From Eledone cirrhosa (taxonomy: Eukaryota): 64,000 bases of DNA. Position numbers and translations under genes: made by a program. Location: NCBI GenBank assembly GCA_964016885.1, contig OZ024760.1, positions 682,001-746,000 of the forward strand. Direction: 5' to 3'. Positions 44,698-58,405 of the stretch are shown here, piece after piece. The notes beneath the pieces are model-generated. The model was given only the letters and a program-made list of their open reading frames with translations, was not told the origin of the DNA and did not search any database. Numbering within the stretch: the first letter of the stretch is position 1; each line of letters begins with the position of its first letter.

Positions 44698-45026
44698 GGT
44701 CATACATAGTCTTATTTTTCTCCATTTATCTGTATAGTTTTAATTTTCAAAAAAACGAGTACCCAGTTGTTAGATTAGCATAAGAATCCCTCTATGTGTA
44801 TGATATTGTTAAATCGGACCGAGGAAACAATGTTTCCATTGGTCTTTCCATTGCTGATACTATCTACCGGTCGCAATTCCTAGCAGAATATGCATATAAA
44901 ACCAATCCAAACCAAACAGTGAGTGTGTTCTGTTATTATTTCTGGCAATATTATAACAATATGACCCTCCCCAAGTATAACAATATATATAGTATAACAA
45001 TATATAAAAAATATATATATATATTA

Positions 45027-45225
45027 TCAGGTGGCTCTCGAGTGCTGCTGGCCACATGTAACCCAGTACAACCTGTCATATGGTGGGGTCGTCGGCGACT
45101 AAACCGGCAATCCCACCAAGCTTGCTTGGTGAGGAGGAGGGTGATATTTGGACACTCTGCGGGATGAAATACAAGGCCCGGCAAAGGGCGGAGGAACTCA
45201 GCAGAGTCAACGGCTATCCCAATAG
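45027..45225 (+). mobile_element. 5' head fragment of an RTE-derived element
   Basis: Matches 21608-21790. Confidence 0.7.
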
Positions 45226-45475
45226 TAATTTGTTTTATTTTTTATATACGGAGAGGTTAAACTCCGAGGCATAAAAAGCTGAGGGCTGTCGTTATATTTT
45301 CTGTGGCAAACATTTGCACCGAAGATATGTGTCGGCAGTTCCAAAAAGTGTGGTTGGTCCTACACAAGCCTAACACTTTGTGTGGGTAGTTCAACATCAG
45401 TTCACTTTCTCACATCAACTTTTGTTGGACCCTCACACGTCGGATATCGACGGGAGAGTCCATCATATATATATA

Positions 45476-45578
45476 CATGATGTCCCCCAAAACCGTATAC
45501 ACACTTCAACGCCATTCTAATAAATATGTGTATATATTTATGTGTATATAAGTGTGTATTTATTTTGGGGGCACTCTG
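45476..45578. mobile_element. 103-bp Tc1/mariner-type MITE
   Basis: CATGATGTCCCCCAAAA / TTTTGGGGGCACTCTG; shares CCATTCTAATAAATAT with the 30487 copy. Confidence 0.65.
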
Positions 45579-45584
45579 TGTGCG

Positions 45585-45645
<61 letters not shown>

Positions 45646-45914
45646 AATTAAAAGAACAGTTAAATACTCACTTAATCCCCTGTAATTTAATGAGCTCAAA
45701 GTATACGTACCGGGCTCTTAATAAATCAGTATATAGAGAAGAAAAGGGGTGTGTTTTCAATTATGAGGGGTAGAGAACCACTGTGGTTCTCTACCCCTCG
45801 TAATTGGGAAACCTACCCCTTTTTGTGCTTTCTCCTCCCCCCCTCTCTCTCTCTATATATATATATATATAGGATAACAAGGTATCATTTAAGGTAATCC
45901 AGCTAGAGGTTGTG

Positions 45915-45976
45915 AGTAATTTCTAATGATAAGCGACTTTTAGACACACCGGACTAATGAAACAATTGCTAATACT
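45915..45976 (+). ncRNA. Degenerate hammerhead motif
   Basis: AGTAATTT-CTAATGA-...-GAAAC-AATT-GCT-AATACT, then AATAAA; host start GGATAACAAG..GAGGTTGTGAGTA also at 8520-8570. Confidence 0.5.
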
Positions 45977-46021
45977 GTAAATAAACCCATATTATTCTTC
46001 AGTCTTTTGCTATATATATAT

Positions 46022-46110
<89 letters not shown>

Positions 46111-46115
<5 letters not shown>

Positions 46116-46236
46116 ATAATAATAAATTTGAAGACTAAAATCCAAAGAGGGCTCGATAAGGATAAATATATCAAAGAAGATCCCGTTAAGGGTGAAAGCA
46201 GCGATTCTTTGCTTAAACTTTAATCTGTTATTTTAT

Positions 46237-46240
<4 letters not shown>
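46111..46240. mobile_element. Family B element, inverted tail fused to a truncated hammerhead
   Basis: Matches 31141-31207 plus 31281-31345. Confidence 0.75.
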
Positions 46241-46313
<73 letters not shown>

Positions 46314-47818
46314 GATCGACAAGATCCCTGAGCTCAAATCAGACCAAAGAAACTGTGTATCCTGTTGCAACTCCTGGCAGAAAGAACAACGTGAAATAAA
46401 GTGTTTTGCTCAAGGTCATAACACATCGCCTTACAACAGTAGCAACAACCATTACAACACAAACATCGACAGCAACAATAACAACAATAACAACAACAAT
46501 AATAACAGTAACAATTGTGATGACAACAACAATAATGTCCATAAGAATTTATACAAACTATCCGTAAAGAAAAGGGAAAACAATATAGCATGAACAAAAT
46601 AGATTATATAAGTTGATTTGAAGGGAGAGTGGGGATAAAGGGGGGAGTACAATGGAGGAGGGGTGGGGTACAGGGATAGGGGGGGGGCAAAGAAGGAGTT
46701 ACTTAAAACCGATCCCTCCACGGAGTGAATAAGACATTCCTTTTGTCTATAACACGCATGACTAAGGAGGAGAACAGGGGGGAGGGCAGTGGTGTGTATA
46801 GGGGGTGGGGGATATAGTGAGGTGGTGGTGGGGTGTATAAGCGGGTGGGGAATACAGTGAGGTGGTGGTGGGGTGTATAGGGAGGACGGGAGTGCAGGGG
46901 GCTGTATAGGGAGGAGGGGAATCCAGTAAGGTGGTGGCGGGGTGGATAAGCGGGAATGCAGTGAGGTGGTGATGGGGTGTATAGGGGTGGATGCAGTGAG
47001 GTGGGGGTGGGGTGTAGGGGGGGTTCAGTGGCCGCAGTATCAGGTTCGTGATCGCAGCTTAAGTTTCTTCCTTGTTGAGATTCTGTCTGTCGGTCTGTCT
47101 GTCTGTGTGTCTGTATATCGGTCTGTCTGTGTGTCTGTCTGTGTGTGTGTGTATGTATGCGTGTATGTATGCGTGTGTGTATGTATGCGTGTATGTATGT
47201 GCGTATGTATGCGTGAGTGTATGTATGTGTGTATGTATGCGTGTATGTATGTGTATATGTATGCGTGAGTGTATGTATGTGTGTATGTATGTGTGTATGT
47301 ATGTGTGTATGTATGCGTGAGTGTATGTATGTGTGTATGTATGCGTGTGTGTATGTATGCGTGTATGTATGCGTGTATGTATGTATGTGTGTATGTATGT
47401 GTGTGTATGTATGTGTGTATGTGTGTGTGTATGTATGCGTGAGTGTATGTAAGTGTGTATGTATGCGTGTATGTATGCGTGTATGTATGTATGTGTGTAT
47501 GTGTGTGTGTATGTGTGTGTGTATGTATGCGTGAGTGTATGTAAGTGTGTATGTATGCGTGTATGTATGTATGTATGTATGTGTGTATGTGTGTGTGTAT
47601 GTGTGTGTGTATGTATGCGTGAGTGTATGTAAGTGTGTATGTATGCGTGTATGTATGTATAGTCTTCTGGTTTTATTATTTTGTAAAATTTCAGCAATAG
47701 AGAGAGAGCCAGTTTCTAACATAGAAACAAGACTCTACCATTGGAATTTAGACAACTTCAACTAGGTAAATACGTGTGTGTAGAGGGGGGGGGGGGTCGG
47801 TGTTTGTGTGTGTGTTTG

Positions 47819-47883
<65 letters not shown>

Positions 47884-48081
47884 TTGTGTGTGTGCTTGTG
47901 TATGTGTGTGTGGGTGTGTTTGTATGTGTGTGTGTGTGTGTCTGTGTGTGTGTGTGTGTGTGTGCGCATGTATGAATGTTATTGCATGTGTGGTTCTGTA
48001 TATTTTGAGTTATATGCGTACATCTGCATATGTTTCTGTATCTATACATATGTATATATCTCTATCCATACATGTGTATTA

Positions 48082-48449
48082 GGCTGGCCTTTATTTTTCA
48101 ACTTTCTAAAAGTTTACCTTCCACCCCCTATCTTGTTCCAATGCCCCCACCCACCCACCCAAAAAAAACAACAACAATCTATGCACCATTTTTACCTCAA
48201 GCGTCCAACTGCAACGCGACCCTCATCGACCGTGGAATTTTGAAATTTTCGCCGACAAGTAATTTTCTTCCATAAACATTTGTTTATCTCTTATATAATT
48301 TTCTCTTAAATTAAAAACTTGCTCAGACTTATTCTTGGTATTAGAAGGATAAGTGACAATAAATATAATGGGGAACGCAACTTTCAATGCTGGGAACAGA
48401 GCGCAGGTATAGGGCAAACACCTATTTTACCTACCGCTAAAGGCCACCC
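48082..48449. mobile_element. MITE with GG(G/C)TGGCCTTT termini (Sola2-like)
   Basis: GGCTGGCCTTT / AAAGGCCACCC, TA on both sides; a similar GCCACCCTAAT end at ~50614-50624 follows the transposase remnant. Confidence 0.5.
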
Positions 48450-48508
48450 TAATATACATATATCCGTATGTGGTTGACAGCTGAGAAAAATGAGTACTCG
48501 GTATTGAG

Positions 48509-48589
<81 letters not shown>

Positions 48590-48594
48590 TATTT

Positions 48595-48785
48595 ATTTAT
48601 TAAAATAACAGATTAAAGTTTAAGCAAAGAATCACTCTTAAACTTTAATCTGTTATTTTAATAAATAATTGCTCTACGGTTCTTATATATTTGATATATA
48701 TTTATCATTATCGAGCCCTCTTTGGATTTTAGTCTTCAAATTTATTATTATTACTATATATATATTATATATATGTATATATGTA

Positions 48786-48863
<78 letters not shown>

Positions 48864-48925
48864 TGACAGATTAAAGTTTAAGCAAAGAATCGCTGCTTTC
48901 ACCCTTAACGGGATCTTCTGAAACT
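48595..48925. mobile_element. Two family B pieces separated by (TA)n
   Basis: Fold-back plus tail at 48595-48756; hammerhead-like motif on the minus strand at 48875-48925, again with CAGAAGA. Confidence 0.75.
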
Positions 48926-49006
48926 AACAAAGTCAATCTGTAAACGCAGAACTGGATATTTCAAAAAACGTTGCAACCGGAGGAAGACAGGAAGACGATA
49001 CTTTGG

Positions 49007-49056
<50 letters not shown>

Positions 49057-49211
49057 GGTGGAGATGACGAAGGACCGTGACAAGTGGAGAGATGCAAGCA
49101 GGGAAAAGCGGACGTAAAATGATGATGATGATAATGATGATACATACATATTGGGTCGTCAAGTATGAAATTTGTAGAAAAAGAAACAAATTTCTACAAA
49201 TTTCATACTTG

Positions 49212-49635
49212 AGAGCAAGGTGAGCAAGGAGGTCAACGATAAAAGGAGAGCAAAGAGGGGAAGGAGAAAAGGAGAGCAAGGAGAAAAGGAGAGCAAGGAT
49301 AAAAGGAGAGCAAGGAGAGGAAGGAGAAAAGGAGAGCAAGGAGAGCAGTGAGAAAAGGAGAGCAAAGAGTGCAAGGGGAGAAAGGATAAAGGGAGAGCAA
49401 GGAGTGCAAGGAGAAAAGGAGAGCAATGAGAAAAGGAGAGCAAGGAGAAAATGAGAGCAATGAGAAAAGGAGAGCAGGGAGAGCAATGAGAAAGGGAGAG
49501 CAAGGAGATCAAGGATAAAAGGAGAGCAAAGAGAGGAAGGAGAAAAGGAGAGCAAAGAGAGCAAGGATAAATGGAGAGCAAGGAGATCAATGAGAAAGGG
49601 AGAGCAAAGAGAACAAGGAGAGCAAGGAGAAAAGG
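49212..49635. repeat. Purine-rich GAGAGCAAGGAGAAAAG minisatellite
   Basis: ~18-bp degenerate units. Confidence 0.9.
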
Positions 49636-49639
49636 CGTG

Positions 49640-50062
49640 GTTAAGGCAAATATTGCTCAAGTTATTCTGGAAGCAGACAAAGAAGAAGAGGAAGAAGAAT
49701 AAAATCAACTGAAGAGGTATATTCTGTACCAAAATGACTTTTCTTCCTTTACAGACATCGAGTTTTCGTCTTTTGTAACTCCTGGTACAAAGACTTTCTT
49801 CACGAGATTTTCTATGAGCACCGATTTCCTCGACAAAGACCCTTCAGCGTGGAAGGATGATCCTGGTTACAAAAGTGGACTTGAAAAACTTGAGAAGACA
49901 GTTGTACTGAATGATGTTGCAGAAAAAGGTGTCAAACCCATTCAGGATGACAATAACATTCTCACAAAAGATGAAACTGAGAAACAATTTGTTTTACATA
50001 TCATTACCGAAAACCGCAAAACATACCCAACTGCCATTAAATCCTCTCTTATGCAAAAATAA
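49640..50062 (+). pseudogene. C-terminal remnant of a Sola2-like DNA transposase
   Basis: SFVTPGTKTFFTRFSMSTDFLDKDPSAW...VVLNDVAEKGVKPIQD..ILTKDETEKQFVLHIITENRK matches the recalled FLxxDPSxW / VVNDxAERGVK / LTxDExQxQ motif set; one in-frame stop upstream; probable right end ~50621. Confidence 0.65.
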
Positions 50063-50222
50063 TTGTTTCTACTTTTGGCACAAGGCCAGCAATTACTCAG
50101 TGCATTACTGGTACTATATTTTATCGACCCGTAAGGATGAAAGGCAAAGTTAACCTCGGCGGGATTTGAACTCAGACCACAAAGGGCCGTAACTCTATGC
50201 TGCAAAGCATGGCGTCCGACCC
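50059..50222 (-). mobile_element. Nin-like SINE
   Basis: Core and B-box on the minus strand. Confidence 0.85.
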
Positions 50223-50912
50223 TCATGTTCAATATTCAGTGTTCAGTGTTCACATTATGTTTTTGATTCTATAGAAATTATTGTTGTAAATAAAAATGCA
50301 TTTCTCTTATAGATGCTAGGTTTTAAGAAGATCTAATATTTCTTAAGTTTTTCATATTATTTAAGGAATTTTTCAAATTAACTATTGGTAAATTTGATTC
50401 GGAATGTTTTAAAACATTTGCTGGGGTTGCCTGGATGTGTCCACATGAATTTCTCTAAGAAGAAAAAAGAGAATGGTCCAGATAGGGAACAGTATACCGC
50501 TTTTGAACAGAATTAAATGTTACGTATACTTTGTTCCAACTTCAAGGTGTCTGAGGGTTGCCTAGTAGTTGTCCGATTCAGCTGAAAATTTCGGAAAATT
50601 ACCGATTGCTAAGAGCCACCCTAATGTGTTATTACATGCTGAATTTCTGAAAAGTTTTACATATTTTTAGAGTTCCATTAATGGACTGTACATACAACTT
50701 CCTAACTATCCATGCTCCTTCTGGTTCGGCGAAGCCCAGCTTCTAAAGACTTGTACTGAGGCAGTTAGTAAGATATCAAAGAACTCCAATGATTACAGGT
50801 GCAAATTTAAAGCTATAGTCAGGGTGGAATATCTGCAGATTCCTCATTAGTTCGGCATAATTGTATGTATGTATGTGTGTATATGTATGTATGTATTTAT
50901 GTATGTATGTAT

Positions 50913-51503
50913 GTCAGGTCACCAGTTGGTGCTACTGGTAACATGTAGCCCAGTACAACCTGACTCATGGTCGGGTCGTTGGCGACTAAACTGGCAACCC
51001 CACCAAGGTTTCTTGGTGAGGAGGGTGACTTTGGACATCTTGCAGGAATAAAAACAAAACCTGTTAAATAGCAAAGGAGCTCTTAAGAGTCAATGACCAT
51101 CCAAAATCACCGGGAGAGATGACCCCTTAGGCTTTGTCAAGGCAGAATTCTAGGAGAAGGAAAACTCTGATATAACACCTGCAACCCTGATGGTATCCAA
51201 TGATGTTGACTTGTTCTTCTTTTTGGTAAATATCATCTTGGTTAAGAGAGTGGGACTGGCTTTGTGCAGTGCCTTTGCTCAATATAAAAGCTTCACGGCA
51301 CAGGCATTGCTTTATATCTGGAGATCTCTCTACACTTGTCACATGGTACCATGTCAATAATTGTCACAAGTGTAGTGTTTGTACCAGAGTTTTCAAGTCG
51401 CGGGCTGGACTAAGAAGTCACACTCGTTCAGCGCATCGGTGGAGGTTCTCCTACATGGATATAAAGTAGTGGCCGTACTCAAAAACGAGTTGGCAGCCAC
51501 CAT
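50913..51503 (+). mobile_element. Non-autonomous RTE-derived element (type 1)
   Basis: Shared head joined to a segment encoding HKCSVCTRVFKSRAGLRSHTRSAHR (RTE C-terminal C2H2-like finger, 51365-51439); flanked by (TATG)n. Confidence 0.75.
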
Positions 51504-51524
51504 GTGTGTATGTATGTATGTGTG

Positions 51525-54500
51525 TTTTTATCTCTTTCTCTTAATTTCGAGTACATTTTTTTTGACCGGCCACCTCCTGATGGCAAGGTTGTAAAAGAAA
51601 AGAAATTGTCATCCCTTGAATCGCAAGAATGTTTTGCAAATTTTGAAGGTGCCAGCTATCGCAGCCATTTCTAGACTATGAATTAGGGAGCTGCACTTTT
51701 TGTCCGCAAATCCAAGTTCAGTCATACTTTGGTCCAAGCGGGTTGGTATATAACCCGTAGCTCCAATAATGATGGGTATGAAGCTAAAGGTGTATCTTGG
51801 ATACTGGATTTGTAAACTCCTCATCAATGGTCCGTAGATGTCCTCCTTCTCCTGTATTTTTCTGACAACGTTTACATCAAGTGGGCAGCTGATCTCCACA
51901 ACAGAACACGTTTTCAATGTGTGGTCCCAAACAACAATATCAGGCCGGTTGTGCTTTAATTTGGTGGCAGTTTTTATTTTCAGGTTCCACCAGTATTCCT
52001 TAGTGCCATCTGTCTCAATATATTCTTCCTCGTTTGTTGTTAATTTTGTTTTCCGAAGTGCGTTCCAGATGGTTCTAGCTATCCCATCATGTCTCATGGG
52101 GAGGTAGTAGCGAGATGACATTCTTTCGCAGCTGGCAACAATGTGGCTTACATCCTCGATCTTTGTTTTACATAGCCTACATTTATTTTCAGCTGCTGGC
52201 CCTCCTCTTTTGTGCAGCAGATATTTGGTAGGGAGTTCTTGTTCCTGTATTGCATAGAGATATCCCTGAAGGTGTGATGTCATAAACTTGTCGGAACTCC
52301 ATGCCAGGCTTTTTGAGTGGATTATCCCCTCTATGGTCTGTGTTTTACGTCTCTAGTATCCATGCACAACTTTTTCTGTAAATTGGTCAATTTTTTTATC
52401 TTGTTTGAACATTGAATAGGATCTTCCGATTTCTCTGGGTGAGAGATTTATATCAGGCTTTATTCCATATCTCTCCTCCAGATCAGTCGCTATTCTAATG
52501 ATATTTTTTTTTCATGCTCATAAACCTGGGCAAGATGGTTGCCAACCTTTTTCCTCTGTTGAAGGTGTTGCTTCAGTGTTACTATCCGGGTCTCATATGT
52601 TGTTAATATTGATTTTAGATCCCGGCCACCTTCCTTGCGTGAGAAGTATAGCCTATCCACATCACCATTGATGTTAAAGTTCCCAGTAACACTGAGAAGT
52701 TTTCGAGTTCTAACATCCATCTCACTTAGTTCTTGCAATGACCAGTTCAGCAGGCCAAATGTTGGTGTTAGAATTGGCACAGCATAAGTATTGTGGGCAA
52801 TGTATTTGTTGTACGCTGACAATTCTGATGACCATATTTTCTTTACTCCTCTGAGGTATTCAGTTCTGGTTCTCTCCTTATTTATGGGTCCATCATATCT
52901 GACATTCTCATCCTGTCCAAGATATCAGTAGTTGTCACCTGACTGCAGAGGTTGTATTGTCAGGCCGTTCATCTCTAGATTTCTAGAGGAGGGCACAGCT
53001 CTTCCACGTTTTACTGCCAAATATGCACACTTGGACTCACCAAATTTCATTTTTGATGTCGGTTGAAAATTGTGTAATGAGGACCAATTGTTTCTTGGTG
53101 TCATTGATATTTGGCTCATACAACTTCAGGTCATCAACAAAGAAAAGATGGGAGATACTTCTGGGCCCACTTCTTTGTCCACCTTGTTTCCTGAGTAGGT
53201 AAGATAGTGGATTCAGTGAGAGAACGAAGAGTAGCACTGACAAGCTATCACCCTGAAAGATGCCCTTCTGGTAATGTATCTTATCAGTCTTAACTTGCTC
53301 CTTCTCACCTCTAAGGATCAAATTGGTGTACCAGTTCTTGGTCAGGCGTTCAACAGCAGCTACCAATGGTTGTGGGACTTTAGCTAACTGTAAAGCCTTA
53401 ATAATCCACCCATGAGGTACACTATCAAATGCTTTTTGATAGTCCAGCCACACCACAGTCATGTTTCTGCGATTCTTTGTTGTTTTTTCCTGAATCATTT
53501 TGTTAGTTAGTTGGTGATCTATGCAACCCCACACCTCCCTCTTTCCACCAGCTTGCTCAGGTGTTATGATGTTGTTGGAAGCACAGTGATCCTGTAAGAA
53601 CAGGTTAAGGCACCCAGTATATAATTTATACATGATGTTCTGGCAGGCTATTGGGCGGTAATTTTTAGCAAGGGTGGTTTGGCTATTTTGGGGAATGAGG
53701 AGAGTAGTGGCAGTTGATAACCATCTGGGCAGTTCTTGTGTGCCTTTAATGGTTTCTGTAAACAGCCGTATGAGATCTTGCCGATAGAAAGTGAAATTCT
53801 TCAACCAGTATCCTGTAATGAGGTCTGAGCCTGGCGATTTCCTATTCGACATTTTTGTAGAGCTGTTGTCAGTATTGACCCATCTATGTCATATTGTTTT
53901 GTCTGGACATGTTGGCAGTAGTCTTGTTCCGGTTCTTTTAGCCAATTAGCTTGTCTGTTGAATCCGTCATCCGTTTCCCATACAGATCTCCAGTAGCTCT
54001 CAACCTGTTCTTTTGAAGGGGTGTCGTTTATAGGGACTGAGCTTTTGCCACCGAAGCTGCGATAAACTGATTTAGGGTCTCTGGCAAACAATCTATTTAG
54101 CACTTGTTGTTTATGTGCTGTTGACTTATATTTTAGTCTTTCTGTTGTAGCTGTGAGTTGTTGTTTCAACTGGTGTAATTTGGAGTTCAAAGTTTTAAAT
54201 TTTGTATCTCCAAATCGTCTCTCTAACTTTTTTTTTTTAGGTCTTCCTGGTGTCGTGTGAAGTTGCTCTCTATGTTGCATTTCATAACGACTGCGATGTG
54301 TGAGATACTTCGTCTCAGGGACAAAATTTTGGTTTTTAAATTTCGCATCCACGTTGGTTCAGGCTTACTTGATTGCGTGGTTTTAGATGTGTGTTATATG
54401 ATAGCAATGTGACAGCTGAAACATATAACAAAACATTAAGCGTTTCAAATGTCGTTTCTACACCTTTAAATCGTATAGCCTTCAGATAATTGCCAGCTAT

Positions 54501-55807
54501 TTCGTTCACCGCTTCCAATTCCAATTTAGTGGGTTCTTTACTGATTCTGGTGTTGTATGGTCTGTCACTCACATTAAGGCTGTGTATCTCTTGAAACATA
54601 TCGTTCCATATCACTTGTAGGGTGTCCACGAGTTTTTGGTGCTCTGTTTGTTCAGTAGAGTCCTGAATTTAAGCTCCGTTGTTGATGTGGTGACAATTAC
54701 TACTAGAGTTAGCTGACCTTTCTCGCTGTTCTTCAGTGGAAGTGGGATGGATTTCAGCAAAATTGTTGGTGAGCTGTTCACTGTTAGATTTAGCTGGCCA
54801 TTCTCTTTGTCTGTCAGTGGAGATGGGGTGGTTGTCTACAAGGGCTGTATTTGTAGTATCACTCAATTCCGTTAGATGTATCAATTTACATCTAATGATA
54901 CGTTTTGCCTGTTCATTTAAATGCTTTGGAGAAAAGTCTAATTCTGGGTGTTTGGAGTTCCATAAAGTTTTTAGCCTTTGCATAAAACCGAACTTTTGGG
55001 GTTCAGATTGTTTGTATGCTTCATATAATACTTTGTTAAGCTCGTAGCTCCACTGTATACAACGGTTGTAGTTGCGATTTGGTCGAAGGAGACTTGTACT
55101 TTTTGCCATGATGAGTTCGTCTATTCACTAATATTTCGTATTTATTTTTCAAAATAGTCGATGATCTTCTTTAAAAGTTTCGACAAAGTTCTGTCAGAAT
55201 CAAATTTAAAGTTATTCACAGCTTGGGTAATATTTCTTTTCAGTTAGTTTTTAATTCTACAACTGTGTTTTAAACGTTGTTCTTGAATCGTTTGAATCGA
55301 GAACAAAAAGAACCGTGACTTAGTATATTTCTTTATGAATGTAATATAATATAACAACGCTGTATTTAAAGTTTATGTATCATTCATATAAATAGGTGTT
55401 CTACAACTTATTCACAGTTCAAACACTTATGTTTTTGTTTCTGAATCGAAAACGTTACTTGTATATTTCTTTATAAATGTAATATAACAACGTTGCATTT
55501 ATATGTTATGTATCATTTATATGTTATGTATCATTTTTATGTGTATGTATCGTTCATATATCATAAGTGTATGTTTCGTTCATATATCATAAGTGTATGT
55601 CTCGTTCATATATCATAAGTGTATGTATCGTTCATATAAATAGGTGTTTTACAACACACTTACAGTTCAAACACTTATGTAGAATTATTGTATGTAATCT
55701 TACCGCGTAATGTAGCTCAACTTTTTCCAATATATGGTATGTTGCCTTCATGTAAGCCGTAATTACACACGTCCGATTATCGGACACTGACCACAACGGT
55801 CGCCATT
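51525..55807 (-). mobile_element. R4/Dong-clade non-LTR retrotransposon, near full length
   Basis: ~0.7-kb 5' UTR with internal repeats, one disrupted ORF, ~85-bp 3' UTR; (CATA)n on both sides. Confidence 0.9.
51609..55109 (-). pseudogene. Frameshifted RT + restriction-like endonuclease polyprotein
   Basis: N-terminal Myb-like W..ELN..Y..SEP..GFMQRL..LW; RT motifs KSPGSD, NYRPIAC, WLDYQKAFDSVPH, GIFQGDSLS, HLFFVDDLKLY, FGESKC; REL CRLC..HIVASC, RHD, NRPDIVV, EISCP; split over 7 ORF fragments. Confidence 0.92.
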
Positions 55808-55872
55808 ATGTATGTATGTCGCCATTGTGTATGTATGTATTTATGTATGTATGTATACATGTATGTTTTTAT

Positions 55873-56477
55873 GTCAGGTCACTCTCGAGTGCTACTGGTA
55901 ACATGTAACCCAATACAACCTGTCGCATGGTCGGGTCGTCGGCGACTAAACCGGCAACCCCACCAAGTTGGACACCCGGCAGGACAAAAAACTAAACCTG
56001 ACAAAGGGCGGAAGAACTCATAAGAGTCAACGGCCATCCAAAAGTGTGTAAATATGTATATACACATGTACATATGCATATATATGTATATGTGTATATA
56101 CACGGTTGCATGTGTATGTATATTCGCGGGGACATAGAAATAGTCGGGCTGGACACCCGATTGCCCGGTTAAACCACTGGGAGTGAAGGACCCCTAGCCT
56201 TTCTCAGGGCATTCTTCTAGGAGAAGGCAATTCAGGAAACTGGGATGACTCCGATATAAAACCTGCGGCTCAGTAGTTACCGATGATGTTGATTTTTTCT
56301 TCTTTTTGGGTTATAGCTACTGTCTCTCAGAGAGTGGGATTGGCTCAGTGCACAGTCTTACCTCACTTCAAAAATTTTCTTCACACACAGGCATTGCACG
56401 ATAGAATTAATTAATAATTATTAATAATGGTATATCGTGCAATGGGCCATACTCGATAACAAGGGGGTAGCCATCAT
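55873..56477 (+). mobile_element. Non-autonomous RTE-derived element (type 2)
   Basis: Homologous to 20936-21575. Confidence 0.7.
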
Positions 56478-56510
56478 GTATGTATGTATGGCTTTATTAT
56501 TTATTCACAT

Positions 56511-56700
56511 GGCGGTGGATTGGCAGTATCGGTAGAAAGTCGGACGCCATGCTTTCCAACATAGTTACGTCCCTTTACGATCTGAGTTCAAATCCCGCCG
56601 CGGTTGACTTTGCTTTTCATCCTTACGGGGTCGATAAAATAAAGTACCAGTAATGCACTGGGTATTTGTTGGCCTTGTGCCTAAAGTAGAAACAATTATT
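56511..56700 (+). mobile_element. Full-length Nin-like SINE
   Basis: GGCGGTGGATTGGCAGTATCGG, B-box, core, ATT tail. Confidence 0.9.
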
Positions 56701-56819
56701 TATTTACAATAGAGAGAAGGGTGGGGGGAGACGGTTTCTGAAAAAAAATGAAAAGAGTTTTTCATGAGAACTTAGACATCAATTAGGAAAGAATGTGTGT
56801 CTGTGTATGTATGTGTGTG

Positions 56820-56897
<78 letters not shown>

Positions 56898-56963
56898 TGT
56901 GTATGTATGTGTGTGCTTGTGTATGTGTGTGTGTGTGTGTGTCTGTGTATGTATGTGTGTGCT

Positions 56964-57002
<39 letters not shown>

Positions 57003-57314
57003 GTATGTGTGTGTGTGTGTGTCTGTGTATGTATGTGTGTGTGTGTGTGTGTATGCAGGTTTGGATGTCAATGCATTTGTACCTCTGAATGTTATGAGTT
57101 ATATGTACATATACACATATGTTTCTATATCTTTATGTGTGTATATACAATGTATATACAGTTACGTGTGTATATTCAGTTATTATATGCTAAACTTCTG
57201 GAATGTTTTACATATGTTTACAGTTCCATTAATGGACTGTACTTTTATGTATGTATGTATGTATATATATATGTATATATTTATCTATATGTGTGTGTAT
57301 TTGTGTATGTATCA

Positions 57315-57374
<60 letters not shown>

Positions 57375-57392
57375 CAGTGTATATATATATAT

Positions 57393-57429
<37 letters not shown>

Positions 57430-57885
57430 CATATATATATATAAATATATATATATGTATGTGTGTATGAATATATGTATGTATGAATATATGTATGTAC
57501 TTATGTATGTATATATGTATTTGATGGTGTATGTATGTATATATGTATGTATATAGGTATGTATGTGTATATATGTATATATGTTAAAAGCTTCGGTAGG
57601 GAACGCTAATTCCGATACGACAATGTTCTACAAAAGTTAATATTCCAGGTGGCCGGAAGTTAGGGTCTGAGGTAGGGAATAGATGTCTGTGTACACTTCC
57701 GCTTACAACGAGAAACTCCCGAAATATATGTAGGGAAGATAGTGTGTGTAGATGTGAGTATATTTATATTCGAATCATATTTTGTGTGTGTCTATGTCCC
57801 AAGTATGTGTAACCCTGCTTGCATATACGTGTGTTCATAACTGTGTGTGGATGTAGGTATGTCTGTGTATATATTTATATATACG

Positions 57886-57916
<31 letters not shown>

Positions 57917-58100
57917 GTATGTATGGATATATATAAATGTATATATATTTCCAAAAATATGTAGACATATAAAGTAACATACAGACATAGATAAACTGAC
58001 AGCTATATATATATTTGTATGTATATATATATATATATGTGTGTGTGTATGTATATATGTATATATATATGTCTGTGTGTGCATGTATATATGTATATTT

Positions 58101-58133
<33 letters not shown>

Positions 58134-58170
58134 GTGTGTGTATGTATATATATATATATATGTGTATGAA

Positions 58171-58203
<33 letters not shown>

Positions 58204-58335
58204 GTTTGATAGAATATATGTATATATTTATATATATATATATGTATGAATATATATATGTATATATGTAGGAATATATATATATATGTATGTATATATG
58301 TATATATCTATATATATGTTTGTATATGTGTATGC

Positions 58336-58405
<70 letters not shown>

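Noticed and set aside
46760-47030. G-rich tract (and C-rich 60020-60460) as regulatory G-quadruplexes
   Set aside because: Low-complexity sequence with no evidence of function.
55690-55807. HDV-like ribozyme at the R4 5' end
   Set aside because: Hairpins and a P2/P4-like pairing exist, but there is too little room for P3/L3/P1.
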